A stretch of DNA of 64,000 nucleotides from contig NGBS01000881.1 of the NCBI GenBank assembly GCA_002245135.1, positions 62,001 to 126,000 of the forward strand. The letters run 5' to 3'. This DNA comes from Proteromonas lacertae (Eukaryota). This document shows positions 1-11,489 of this stretch, piece by piece (the first letter of the stretch is position 1; each line of letters opens with the position of its first letter). The notes below the pieces were generated by a model. It was not told the DNA's origin. It was given only the letters and a program-made list of their open reading frames with translations, and did not search any database. The position numbers and the translations under genes were made by a program.

Positions 1-198
1 GGTGTAAGCATCATCTATCATATGAAAGCTTTCTGTTGACTGATCTTTAAGGGAATTAACTTGTTTGTCAGGATGAAAAGTCAAAGAGAGTGATTTATAT
101 GCTGTTTTTATTTCATCTTGGGTTGCCTATATATTTTAAATAATATATAAAATAATTTATACGTTTGTTGGAACATGCAAAATCGAATAATAATCCAT
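1..198 (-). CDS. DnaJ/Hsp40 J-domain protein, 5' part (runs off window)
   Basis: ATG at 198; MDYYSILHVPTN, a 36-nt GT-AG intron (127-162), then ATQDEIKTAYKSLSLTFHPDKQ with the HPD motif. Confidence 0.85.
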
Positions 199-362
199 TT
201 TCTAATTATGGTTAATGAAAAATTCTAATAGAATATTTTGATAAACCCAAATAGTAGTTTTTTGTTTTTTGATAAAATTTGAATATGGTATTCTCAGGAA
301 TCGTTCCTCGGTATTTTATTTTTTCTTTATTATGCGATAGTTTGCAGACTAAAGTGTGTTCA

Positions 363-823
363 ATGCCCATAGTTGAGAAATTCCCATTAGTCAAAAGATT
401 CTTAATGCACCCTGCAGGACCTTTCACAAGTATACTTAATATTTAAACTTTAGTTCATTTTTGGGCACCAACATGCAAATGGGGTATTTCATTGGCTAAT
501 ATACTTGATATATCAAGACCAGTTGAAAATATGTCAATTCCACAACAATGTGGTATAATATTAACCAGTAATGTTATATATTTTTAGCTGTATCATTAAC
601 AGGTGTGCTTTGGTCATATTATAGTATGGTAATTATTCCAAAGAATTGGAATTTATTCAGTGTAAATGTAGCTATGGGTGCAACTGGTCTTTATCAATTA
701 TATAGAGTGTGTAGATTTAAGTTGGCTCAAAGAAATCAACCAAAATTAATAACACCAAGTGAAAATAATGCTGAGGTAGTTGCTGAACCAGTGACTCCAG
801 CAGTGAAAGATATTAAAGAGTAA
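363..823 (+). CDS. MPC2: Mitochondrial pyruvate carrier subunit (MPC2-like)
   Basis: Spliced translation HPAGPFTIHFWAPTCKWG...IIPKNWNLFSVN; introns 430-453 (24 nt) and 553-587 (35 nt). Confidence 0.9.
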
Positions 824-921
824 TATGAGTGAATTTATCATCATATATTAAATATAATCTGTTTCATGTGTATAATTTCTATTGTTTTTTATAAAAGAGT
901 TTTAATAATAAATAATTTAAC

Positions 922-2754
922 TTAACAATCTAGTTGCTGATCATCTTCATCATTAAAAGATCTTTTGTGATAATTATTACTATTTCTTCCTCTGTTATTA
1001 TTATTATAACTATGATTATTATTATTAAAATCATCAAAATTTCTATGTGTTGAAAAAGAGTTATTTCTTCTATAATTACCATTATTGTTGTTGCTATTAT
1101 AATTTCTTCCTCTTCCTTCTCTATTATTGTTATTATTTCTATATCTGCTATTACTGTTATTATTATCATTTCCTTGACGATGATAAGATGATCTACTAAA
1201 GAACTTTGCATCTTCTTCATCTGTAAACAATTCATCTTCTTTATTCAATAAACTAACAGCTCTTAATAAAGCATTTTCATATCCAAACTTCTCATTCAAT
1301 TGATCCATCAATGGTTGTAATGATTTAATATTTGGTTTTGCACCATTTATCATATCCATTATATATGAATTAGTAGATGCTTCAATAGATTTACTCTCAA
1401 TATTATCTAACTTAAACTCAGTGAATGAATTATGTATTTGTTTTTGAATATAATATATATCATTCATTTCCCTTTGAGATATTAAACTAATACATGTTCC
1501 TTTCTTTCCAGCTCTACCTGTTCTTCCACTTCTATGGATATAGGATTCAATATCAAGTTTTCTTGATTGATAACGTGGTAAATTTAAATTCATAACTAAA
1601 TCTATGTTATTAATATCTAATCCTCTAGACGCAACATCAGTAGCAATTAATATTTTCATATTTCCATTTCTTTTAAACTCATTGATAGTATTTAATCTTT
1701 GATTCTGAGATATATCTCCATGCAAAACACCTGATATTCTATTACCTAGTTTAGATAATAAAATATCACAATCTTTCTTCCTTTCACAGAATATCAATGT
1801 CTTTCCATTGTTATTATTATCATTATTACTTTTACAACATTGATTATGTATGTTATAAATCAATGATTTAGTAGGAAAAGGGTGATTATTAGGTAATAAG
1901 AAATAACAATGGTTTACATCAGTTGAAGCTTTCTTGTCTGTAGTTAAATTAATAATTAATGGCTTCTTTGCCATATATACGTTAATTACTTGATCAATCC
2001 ATTGTGGAATTGTTGCAGAAAAAAATAAATATTGTATATTCTGCTTTTGACTACAATGTGATAATATATTATCCATTTGTTCTTTAAATCCCATTTCCAA
2101 CATCCTATCAGCTTCATCTAATATTACATATTTGATATTTGATAAATCACATGTACGTCTTGTTTCTATTAAATCATTTAATCTTCCTGGAGTTCCTATG
2201 ATTATTTTTGCACCTTTGCTTAACATATCTTCTTGAGGAGTATAAGATACACCACCATATACTGGAACACATTTTGTACCTAAACTGTATTTCATACATT
2301 CTGTATATGTCTGCTGTACTAACTCACGTGTTGGTGATAATATTAATACCTCTGGCTTTCTGAATTTTGAAGGTTTCTTTGAGAGTAATTCAAGGATAGG
2401 TAATATGAATGCAAGTGTTTTTCCTTGTCCTGTTGGAGCTTGTGCAACTAAATTCTCACCATTCATTATTGGATTAAAACATGATTTTTGAATGGGGAAG
2501 AGTTCATTAATTCCATTTCTTTTAAGTATTGATTGTCTCTCACTACTTATTCCAAATGACTCTATTGATGGATTTGATGTTTTCAGAAGGGTATTCTATA
2601 ATGTAAACATATTCATATAATACTGCATCAACCTGAACTTGAGTTACAATACTTCTAATCGAATTAGAATATCTAAAAGTCTAAAATGTAACGTGAAAAT
2701 AAATACATAATTTGATCTAACTATTCTATCCAATTTGACATTCCTATTCATCAT
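922..2754 (-). CDS. DEAD-box RNA helicase (DDX21/DDX50-like) with N/R/G-rich tail
   Basis: Q motif LFPIQ, APTGQGKT, PTREL, DEAD, SAT, HRSGRTGRAG; two short 5' introns extend the ORF to an ATG at 2754. Confidence 0.9.
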
Positions 2755-2987
2755 TCCTGTTGATTTTAAACAAGAAACAACTCTATTCATCCTTATTATA
2801 CTATTCATTGCTTAATTATTTGAAAAATAGTAATTTACGTATAGTTATCAAAAATGAATTATGTATCAAATGTTTTGTATGTTCAGTTACCCTACCGGTC
2901 ACAAGTATTAAAATAAAAGGAATCAATCAAAGCTTGCTTTCAGACCGCCTATCTATAAAAGATATTTTTTATATTTTCTTAAATAAA

Positions 2988-5005
2988 ATGATTAGTGCAA
3001 TATTAATTGTCAATCAAAAAGGTGAATTGGTTATTTCACGTTTCTATAGGTATGATAGAACACTTTTTGATCTTCTTTACTAATATTTTATAGAGGTGAT
3101 GTAACTAGAGCTGCTGCCACAGCATTCAGAACAACAGTCATTGCTTCAAAAGACACTGGTACTAAACCACCAGTTACAACAATCAACAATACGACATTTA
3201 TGTACATTCGTTTAGGTTCTTTGTTCTTTGTTGCTATTACACGTAAGAATGTCAATGCCAGTATGGTGTTCCATTTCTTATTCCACTTGGTGGATGTATT
3301 AGCTGCATATTTCGGTAAAAACTTCACAGAAGATGATATTCGTTCACAATTCACATTAGTGTACGAAATTTTCGATGAAGTTTTAGATTATGGCTATCCA
3401 CAAGCCAGTGGCATTGATATGTTGAAGATGATGATTAATCTTGGTAATGTGCAAAGTACAGAAGCACAACCAGAAGCATCATTAACATCACAGATTACTG
3501 GTTCTATCGATTGGAGAAAAGAAGGTATTTACCATCGTAAGAACGAAGTGTTCATTGTGTTGTTCCCCGTATGGCGGAAATCCCCGTATGGCGGAAATCT
3601 ATATTGCAGAATGATTCAATCAAAACTAATATGATATTCATGATGTTCGGAGTTAGTTATTAACAAATATATAGTTAGTTTGTCATATGACCTACATCTG
3701 TGATATACTTTTTTATGAACTTCATTATTATCAATATTAAACTAATTTTTGTATATTTTCTATTTTAATGTATCAGTCACTACTACAGTCTAAAATACAT
3801 TATCTGATATGAATAGAATACAATAATTTTAATGTTAAGGTAGTAAAAAAGGAAATTAAAGAGTAGGCTTGAGCGAGGCTTGAACTTATTTTTTCTTTTT
3901 TCTTTTTTAACCTCCTTAACATTAAAAATAGTGAATTCTATTCATATCAGATAATGTATTTTAGACTGTAGTAGTGACTGATACATTATAATAGAAAATA
4001 TACAAAAATTAGTTTAATATTGATAATAATGAAGTTCATAAAAAAGTATATCACAGATGTAGGTCATATGACAAACTAATTATATATTTGTTAATAACTA
4101 ACTCCGAACATCATGAATATCATATTAGTTTTGATTGAATCATTCTGCAATATAGATTTCCGCCATACGGGGATTTCCGCCATACGGGGAACAACACATT
4201 GATGTATTGGAATCAGTTGATTTACTTATTGTATTTAATTATTTATATATTTGATTTTTTATAGAGTGCTCAAGGTAATGTATTACGTCAAGAAGTGAAT
4301 GGTAAAGTCATGATGAAGTCGTTCTTATCAGGAATGCCTGAATGTAAATTTGGATTAAACGATAAGCTTCTTATGGAAGGTGATGGTAAGAAACCAAAGG
4401 GAAAGAAGAAGGTTAAGGGAGTTGAAATTGATGATTGTACTTTCCACAAGTGTGTCAAGCTATCAACCTTTGATACTGATAGAACAATTACATTTATTCC
4501 ACCTGATGGTGAATTTGAACTTATGAAGTATCGTGTAACTGAGAATGTTAATGTTCCAATTAAGATTCAACCAGTTTATGATGAATCAAGTAAGAGATCA
4601 ATGATTATTAATATTAAAGCAACAGCTGATTTTGATCCAAAATTATTTGCTCAAAATGTCGCAATTCATATTCCTGTTCCTCCAACTACTGCTGTTTGTA
4701 CTCCAAAGACAATAGGTGGTCAAGCCAAATATGAGCCAGCTGAAAAAGCATGTGTATGGAGATTGCGTAAATTCCCAGGTGGTACTGAATATACTCTAAC
4801 AATTGAAGTTCAATTAGTTGGATCTGCTGTAGATAGACCTTGGACATCAAGAGCTCCAATCAGTTTAGAATTCCAAGTGCCTATGTTCACCTCATCTGGT
4901 TTATATGTCAGATTCTTGAAAGTATATGAGAAATCATCTTATCAAACTACTAAATGGGTTAGATACTTGACAAGAGCTGGTGAATATCAAATGCGTATTG
5001 TATAA
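2988..5005 (+). CDS. AP2M1: AP-2 complex subunit mu, interrupted by a 639-bp insertion
   Basis: MISAILIVNQKGELVISRFYR..., DYGYPQ, WRKEGIYHRKNEVFI|DVLESVDLLI, LSGMPECKFGLND, FIPPDGEFELMKYR, KWVRYLT; reading frame resumes exactly after removing the insertion plus one TSD; native intron 4231-4264. Confidence 0.93.
3558..4196. mobile_element. Foldback/MITE-like non-autonomous DNA transposon, TG...CA ends, 5-bp TSD (Ginger2/TDD-like by end structure)
   Basis: Arms 3558-3840 and 3914-4196 (283 bp each) are reverse complements with about 5 mismatches; ends TGTTGTTCCCC...GGGGAACAACA; flanked by CATTG at 3553-3557 and 4197-4201; 17-bp tandem subterminal repeat CCCCGTATGGCGGAAAT x2; no coding capacity. 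Confidence 0.93.
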
Positions 5006-5053
5006 ACAGAATTATAATAAATATGCTATTTACTGTTAATTATTTAATTTTAA

Positions 5054-6322
5054 TTAATATATCTCTATTAAAAGAGAATTGTTATTAATTAAATATTGTT
5101 TTTTTAAATATATTATACCATAATAAATACTAAATCTAATTTGTTGAGTTGATATTGTCATATTATCTCCATTTGTTTTGTGTAAAGGATATTTGTATCT
5201 ATAGAATGTACTTAATGTTACACAAGGTGCATTATTGAATTTATATTGGTTAAAATATCCATAATCAAATGTATAAGGGTTTATATTATGATATAAAGAA
5301 AATAATGGAATATATCTATATCCAACTGAATAAGACAAATAATTATAATCTGCAGTTACATAAGTTCCCATACAGTTGATAACTAACGCTTTAGATGATA
5401 GAATCCATATGATATTAACCAATCCTGAGCCAAAAGGTGAAATAATGATCTTTGAATTCATTATCATTGATATTTGTTCTATTGGTAATATTCCATCGAA
5501 ATATATTTCTTTATAATTATGTTTCAAAGATTTTATCATATCCATAATCAATTTTATATTTGTAATACTCCTTGAATTACTTATTTTTCTTTTTATTACA
5601 GTTACATAAAATTCTTTTTCATTATTATTTATCTGAGATAAATCTAATTTAAAATAATAATTACCTTCATCTCTAAATTTATTCCTTGTTTTAAAGCTTC
5701 TAAAAATACCTAAAAATCCACCATTTTTACTTCTTATTATCCAATGAATTGTGTTAAGACATATAGGTCTATATTTTATTTTTCTTGACAATTTTGATAT
5801 GTATGGTTTAAATAATAAATTTTTGTATTTTTTATTTCCTAAAATATATTTCAATATCACATTGTCGTATAATAAATTTACTCTTGGATCTAATTCAAGG
5901 AACATAATATTATTCATGGGTGGATATCTTGAATCATCTTTTATATTATATATAAACATATGATCAGTAAAATGACCAATATTCATGTGAAAACTGGATG
6001 TTGAAACCCATACTTCATCATTTATATAGACAGATTGAGACATATTATAATTAATATTTGTAATAACTATATCAGAACTAAAGCCATATTGATAATCTAT
6101 CAGTTTTTTCATTAAACGTTCAGTATTATCCTTTTTCACATTTATTACTAGTCTATATATCGTATTACCTGCTTCACCTTCAATACAAGCTTTATTTAGT
6201 GTTATCCAATAATCGCCAGTGTCTTCAACCAAATTTTCATGAACATCATAAGTACTATAATCACAGCAACAAATGTTGATATTTATATAGAAGCATACCC
6301 ATATAATAGAGAATATCTTCAT
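5054..6322 (-). CDS. Glycosyltransferase family 61-like secreted/membrane protein
   Basis: Hydrophobic N-terminus; GHFTD, RSITN, EQISMIMNSKIIISPFGSGLVNIIW resemble the GT61 HGAGLTN region. Confidence 0.65.
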   Translation of the reverse strand: MKIFSIIWVCFYININICCCDYSTYDVHENLVEDTGDYWITLNKACIEGEAGNTIYRLVINVKKDNTERLMKKLIDYQYGFSSDIVITNINYNMSQSVYINDEVWVSTSSFHMNIGHFTDHMFIYNIKDDSRYPPMNNIMFLELDPRVNLLYDNVILKYILGNKKYKNLLFKPYISKLSRKIKYRPICLNTIHWIIRSKNGGFLGIFRSFKTRNKFRDEGNYYFKLDLSQINNNEKEFYVTVIKRKISNSRSITNIKLIMDMIKSLKHNYKEIYFDGILPIEQISMIMNSKIIISPFGSGLVNIIWILSSKALVINCMGTYVTADYNYLSYSVGYRYIPLFSLYHNINPYTFDYGYFNQYKFNNAPCVTLSTFYRYKYPLHKTNGDNMTISTQQIRFSIYYGIIYLKKQYLINNNSLLIEIY

Positions 6323-6351
6323 TGATTAATATTTATAAATTTGATTCTGGT

Positions 6352-7572
6352 TTGATTAGTTTTTTTCTTTTTTTTCTTTTATTACCACCATTATTAAATT
6401 GTGTTGATAGTAAATCAGATTTAGCAATTAAATTCGTTTATAAATTGGGATTGTATTATGGGTCTGCCACTGATATATGTATAGACAAAAAGAATATAAT
6501 ATATTTTCAGAATGAACAAGATAATACACAATTTTATGATTATTTTTATAGTTATTACCACGGATCTTGGTTTTGGTTTCCATATAGTTTAGTTGATAAA
6601 ATAGAAGGAAAGAAAGTATACTATCCAAATGAGGAAGGAATATGGATTGTATACAAAACTACATACCCTCAGATATTTCATTTTTTAGACAATTACATTT
6701 CGTTGTATTATCTTTATAACTACAGTTCAAAACCTCCAATTAACACATTAATAAGTCCTTCTTATTATCCCATATCTGATTATGATTATTCATATCTTAC
6801 TTATAAGTTTTTAACAAGTAAATATAGACCTAAGTTAAAACAGCTAAATGGTTATGATTTTGGGAAATTGTTTAGGAAAGTTAATACTGATTACATATGT
6901 TTTCATCGTATTAATTTAATATTTAGAGTAATGTTTGGATTTTTTGGATGTTTTTTTAAGAATTACAATGAAAGAATCAAATTTAGAGATTCAGTGTTTG
7001 ATTATTTAAACATCAAAAATGATTATAATAATAGGAATATTGAAATAGGGTTTATTCTGAGAAAGCAATCAAAGAAAAAATCAAGGAATATAGTAAATAG
7101 TGATATGATTATTAAATATGTGAAATCATTAAACTATAACGTAAAGATAGTTTCTTTTGAAGAGTATAATCCAGTCGATCAAATAAAAATGTTTAGAAAG
7201 TATAATATTATAATATCTGCTATGGGAAGTGGTTTGTTGAATATGTTATGGCTTGGAAGCAATGCTGTGATTATTGAATGTTTTAATTATTTCTATATTC
7301 ATTCTGATCTTGCATATGAAGCCTTAAGTTATAAATTTGGGCATATATCTTTATATTCTTCCAAAAGATTATATCCAAAAGAACATTATAAGTTTGTTGA
7401 AGGATGTTATGATACTCCTTACACCTTTTCCAATACAAAGATATTTTTATTATCCTGTGATGCATTTAATAATATGATATTTGATGATATGTATATCAAT
7501 TTAAAAGAAATTGTGTTTTCTATTGAATATGGAATTAAATATATAAAACAAAAAAACAAAAAACTATATTAA
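6352..7572 (+). CDS. Glycosyltransferase family 61-like protein, paralog of the divergent neighbour; start codon unclear
   Basis: FHFLD, RNIVN, DQIKMFRKYNIIISAMGSGLLNMLW; the signal-like LISFFLFFLLLPPLLNC follows TTG at 6352, with no in-frame ATG until about codon 200. Confidence 0.6.
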   Translation: MISFFLFFLLLPPLLNCVDSKSDLAIKFVYKLGLYYGSATDICIDKKNIIYFQNEQDNTQFYDYFYSYYHGSWFWFPYSLVDKIEGKKVYYPNEEGIWIVYKTTYPQIFHFLDNYISLYYLYNYSSKPPINTLISPSYYPISDYDYSYLTYKFLTSKYRPKLKQLNGYDFGKLFRKVNTDYICFHRINLIFRVMFGFFGCFFKNYNERIKFRDSVFDYLNIKNDYNNRNIEIGFILRKQSKKKSRNIVNSDMIIKYVKSLNYNVKIVSFEEYNPVDQIKMFRKYNIIISAMGSGLLNMLWLGSNAVIIECFNYFYIHSDLAYEALSYKFGHISLYSSKRLYPKEHYKFVEGCYDTPYTFSNTKIFLLSCDAFNNMIFDDMYINLKEIVFSIEYGIKYIKQKNKKLY

Positions 7573-7586
7573 TAACTTATTTTTAT

Positions 7587-8249
7587 TTAATCTTCAGCTT
7601 CAGAAGAATCTTCATCATCAATATTTCCATAAGATCCTTCACTTTCATCATCTTCATCTTCATCATCTTCTGCTGCTGCTAATTCTTTTTCTATTTCTTC
7701 TATTATAAACATTATTATTAAACGAAAATACCATCATATTTCTTTAATGCTTCACTATGATCACTATCTACAAACTCTTCCCATTCCTTAATAGTAAAAT
7801 CTTCATATATTCCATTACTTTTTCTAGCTATTATACATTCGCCTTGTATTACCTCTTCATGTAAAGGTGGAGGAAATGCTACACGATTAATTTGAGCATG
7901 TTCTGGATTATCATTGATAATTATTTCTATGTTCTGTGGCTCATACTATATGTGATACAATCATAAAGTAAATTTTACTTTACCAAGAACTTCAGGCTTG
8001 GAATGAAAAAAATCAGATAAAGCAGATTCATTGTCTAATTGGCAATAATTAAGAATAATAATTTATCATATTTTCGATTTTTATATTCAAAAGATATATC
8101 CATTTTTTCTTCTCTTGGCTCACCTTTGATATTCAAAACTACTACAGTTATACCATGTTTTGATTTTTTACTACGTTGTGACAAATAAATTATTACTTAT
8201 CAGATGGCTTATCAGCATCATTAGCTCCTCTTTTCACACCTTCATTCAT
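7587..8249 (-). CDS. Conserved hypothetical protein with acidic C-terminal tail
   Basis: Spliced: MNEGVKRGAND...ITVVVLNIKGEPREEKMD...EVLGKYEPQNIEIIIND...AFPPPLHEEVIQGECIIAR...EDFTIKEWEEF...EAED*; one junction near 8035-8066 lacks a GT donor. Confidence 0.6.
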
Positions 8250-8466
8250 TTTTGTAAATTTTAATGTCAAATTATTACTATACTCCAATCAAAAAGCCTT
8301 ATTGCGTCATATTAATGGTAAATTACCATGGTCAGGTCAGGTAAATTGTGTAAAGTTCATCTTTGAAAAGTCAATTCATTCTTTTTTACTTCATTAATTT
8401 TTATTCGATTGAAAAACATCCAGGTATACTTCATTCAATTATTATATTTAGAAGGTTGTTAATATT

Positions 8467-11457
8467 ATGCAGTGTCTTACAGATTTAGAAATTACTTATG
8501 GTAAAACATTAGCTGACCCGGGATTTCACAAAGTACTATGGACAGATGACATTGTACACGATTTAATGGGTGGAACAGGAAGGAGTGTCTATATATGGTC
8601 TAGAAGTGGTGTCTTAGAAGGTATTAGAGAAATTAATATCTTTCCGATGAATAATATACCCGCGACATATAAAGCAGTCAATAAGCCGTTGTTTGTTAAA
8701 GATGATATTTCTTACATGTTATGTTATTCCAACTCAGACTCATCATTACCGGAGATTACATCAATCAAAATATCTTTGGATGATGAATGCAGTATATTTT
8801 TTGACATAATATACCTAATTAGTTGATTCTTATACAAAAATCACTGCACCTTTAACACAATACGTTGATTCAAAGAACGAGACTCATTCAACCTATCTAT
8901 GGTATTCAACAACAGAAATTATATCAGTAGTTGCAACTCCAAGAGATACAGTGGTTAAACCATTATTTGAAATTGGTGAATTTATTGAATGTGAAGTGGA
9001 GGATTATTATCGTCATTCAAAGAAAGAATATGGAACTATAGTAAATATGAATACATCGACTGTATATTTATATTATAATAATGTAATAATTAATTAATAG
9101 ATTACCGTTGAGATATATGATTTAGATCATACTACATTTAGAAGAATATCTGTAATACCAAATAAAGTATCAAAATTAGCATCAACTGAGTCATTTCATT
9201 TATCTAGTTATTCTCTTAAGAAGTATGATTTAAATAAGTCAGAATCAGAGTCTGTGAAAGAAAGGCTGTTGAGAATAGAAGAACAACCATTACCATATAA
9301 TAACGATGATATTGAATATCTAAATAAAGACTTATTGATATTTTTAAATACATATTTTATAAAAGAATATAATAGTGATACACAAGAAACAAGAAACAGA
9401 ATAGCTGAAGATATGTACGAGATACTATTAACTACTATGAAGATTATTATGAAACAGTTTAATAATGTTAAATATCCAACAATATTCGCTTATTATTTGT
9501 ATATGATTCTATACTACGAAGATGGTTATTCTTATTCATCAGCTCAATTTTATAAGAATTATAACAAATTTAAGATAAATGTTTGTAATTATAACAGTAG
9601 GGATGAATATTATCCAATCATCCCACAGAATGATGTTTCTGTTTATTATTATAAGATATTAAAGTATTTCATCGAATCAAAAGGAATCGAAGCGATCATA
9701 CAGAAGTTCTTAAGTATTTATGATAATAATGTTGGAATTGAAAGTTACTATTCTTTATTGAAATCAATATCTAAATGTATGTCTGAAGAAATTATGAAGG
9801 ATCATATGAATGGTTTATATTCTCAGTTATGTGACTTATATAAAGAAAAGATGATGAATGGCAGTGATGATAATAATAATAGTTTAAATAGTAGTAATGG
9901 CAAGAAGAAGAAGAGTAAAAAATCATTCTATACTGAATTCTTTAATAATATGTATAGTCATTTTAACAAACTACAAGTCGATGATAATTTACTTAGAAAA
10001 GGTACTTTAATGATGATTGAAGCAGATATAGAATCCAAAGTAGTGGAAAGAATGATCAATGGATTTGAGAATTTAAATGATCTTAACCCAAGCAGTCATT
10101 ACAAATACAATAATCCTTATTATCAAAGTTCTTCAAAGAATGATACTTCTAAGGAAGACTTAATTAAATGGTTGGAAGAAAAGAAAATTATAGATAATGT
10201 ATTTGCATCTGGTGTTGGGCTGAATAATCAATTATTAGAGAAAGTATCATATTATATTCAGTTAATGTTTAAAAAGAATATACTTCCTTCTTATGTTATA
10301 GATAGGATATTTGAATTTATAGATTCACAATATAATAATAACAATAATAGTGATTCTAATAATGATAGTGGTAGTTATGATGATAATGCAGGATATACAA
10401 TATTAAAAAATATAATTGATGAAGCTGATGAAAAATGTTTAGATGAGTTTTACAGAAGAATGGAACAATTGAAGGATACTAAATTAATAGCTGAAATATT
10501 GTTACTATTAACTAAAAGATATTATTCTGTTTATTATCTAAAAGCAAGAGATATATACAATGGCAGTAGTAATTGTTTTGATATAAATTATTATACAAAT
10601 AGAAATAAATATGTTTTTGATGAAGATATGGAAAATTTAAAGAATCCAGTAGAATTACCTGAGAATGTACAACAGGAATTACTGGATTTTATTAAGAAAA
10701 TGGATCATTATAATTTTATATCATATTGTTTTGATTTAGTTGTCGATAGTAATAGAGACTATAAACAATCATTTTGTGTATATAATATATTGAACGATTT
10801 TCTTAATAAAATAAAAAGGAATGTAAGAAGAAAAGTTATATCTTTTCTATATTTAAAATTATCTAGTTATTTAAATGATTATAATGATGTAGAAAAACCA
10901 AATATGCTATTTTTATCAGAAATTATTTGTTCATATTACTCTAAGCTGAGTTGGTTTGAGAATGATATGAAGATATACACTAATAAATTAATGTCTCAAT
11001 TCACATGGTTTTATGTAAAACAGAAGAATTTTTTTGCTAATAATGAATATACTGATGAAGATAAGAAACATTATATTTTCATTTATAAAACATTTATTGA
11101 ATCAATTATCATTATGAATAATTTTAATATAGGTAGTTGTTACCAGTTCTTCATTGACCAATTAAAGAACAATATGATTTTTGAAGAAGAAGAGAAGTTA
11201 ATATACAAGTCATTGAATGATTATTTAAAACAGTTGAATGATTCTAACCTATTTACAGCTACAATAGAGTTAGTTAATAAAGTGGAATTTAATGATGATT
11301 ATTTAGAAATCAGATATAGAAAGGAATTCTATGAGTTTTACATTAGGTATTTTTTATTCTTGTTTTTATTCAATAGTATTCTCCATATAGCATTAAAAAG
11401 AAAATATACTTTAAGTTTAGAATGTTTTAAAGGATTAATATTGATTGCAATATTTGT

Positions 11458-11489
<32 letters not shown>

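Noticed and set aside
930..1235. Ile-rich alternate-frame ORF and many similar short antisense or overlapping ORFs
   Set aside because: By-products of AAT repeats and AT-rich codon usage overlapping real genes; no motifs
2760..2987. N-terminal extension of the 2760-3083 ORF
   Set aside because: TTG-started read-through of promoter DNA; AP-2 mu homology starts at ATG 2988
3565..3598. 17-bp CG-rich direct repeats resembling a CRISPR or iteron
   Set aside because: Only two abutting copies with no spacers, mirrored at the other end; they are subterminal repeats of the element
3557..4200. Foldback element as a precise introner
   Set aside because: There is a GT at the left junction but no AG at the right junction, so seamless spliceosomal removal is not possible
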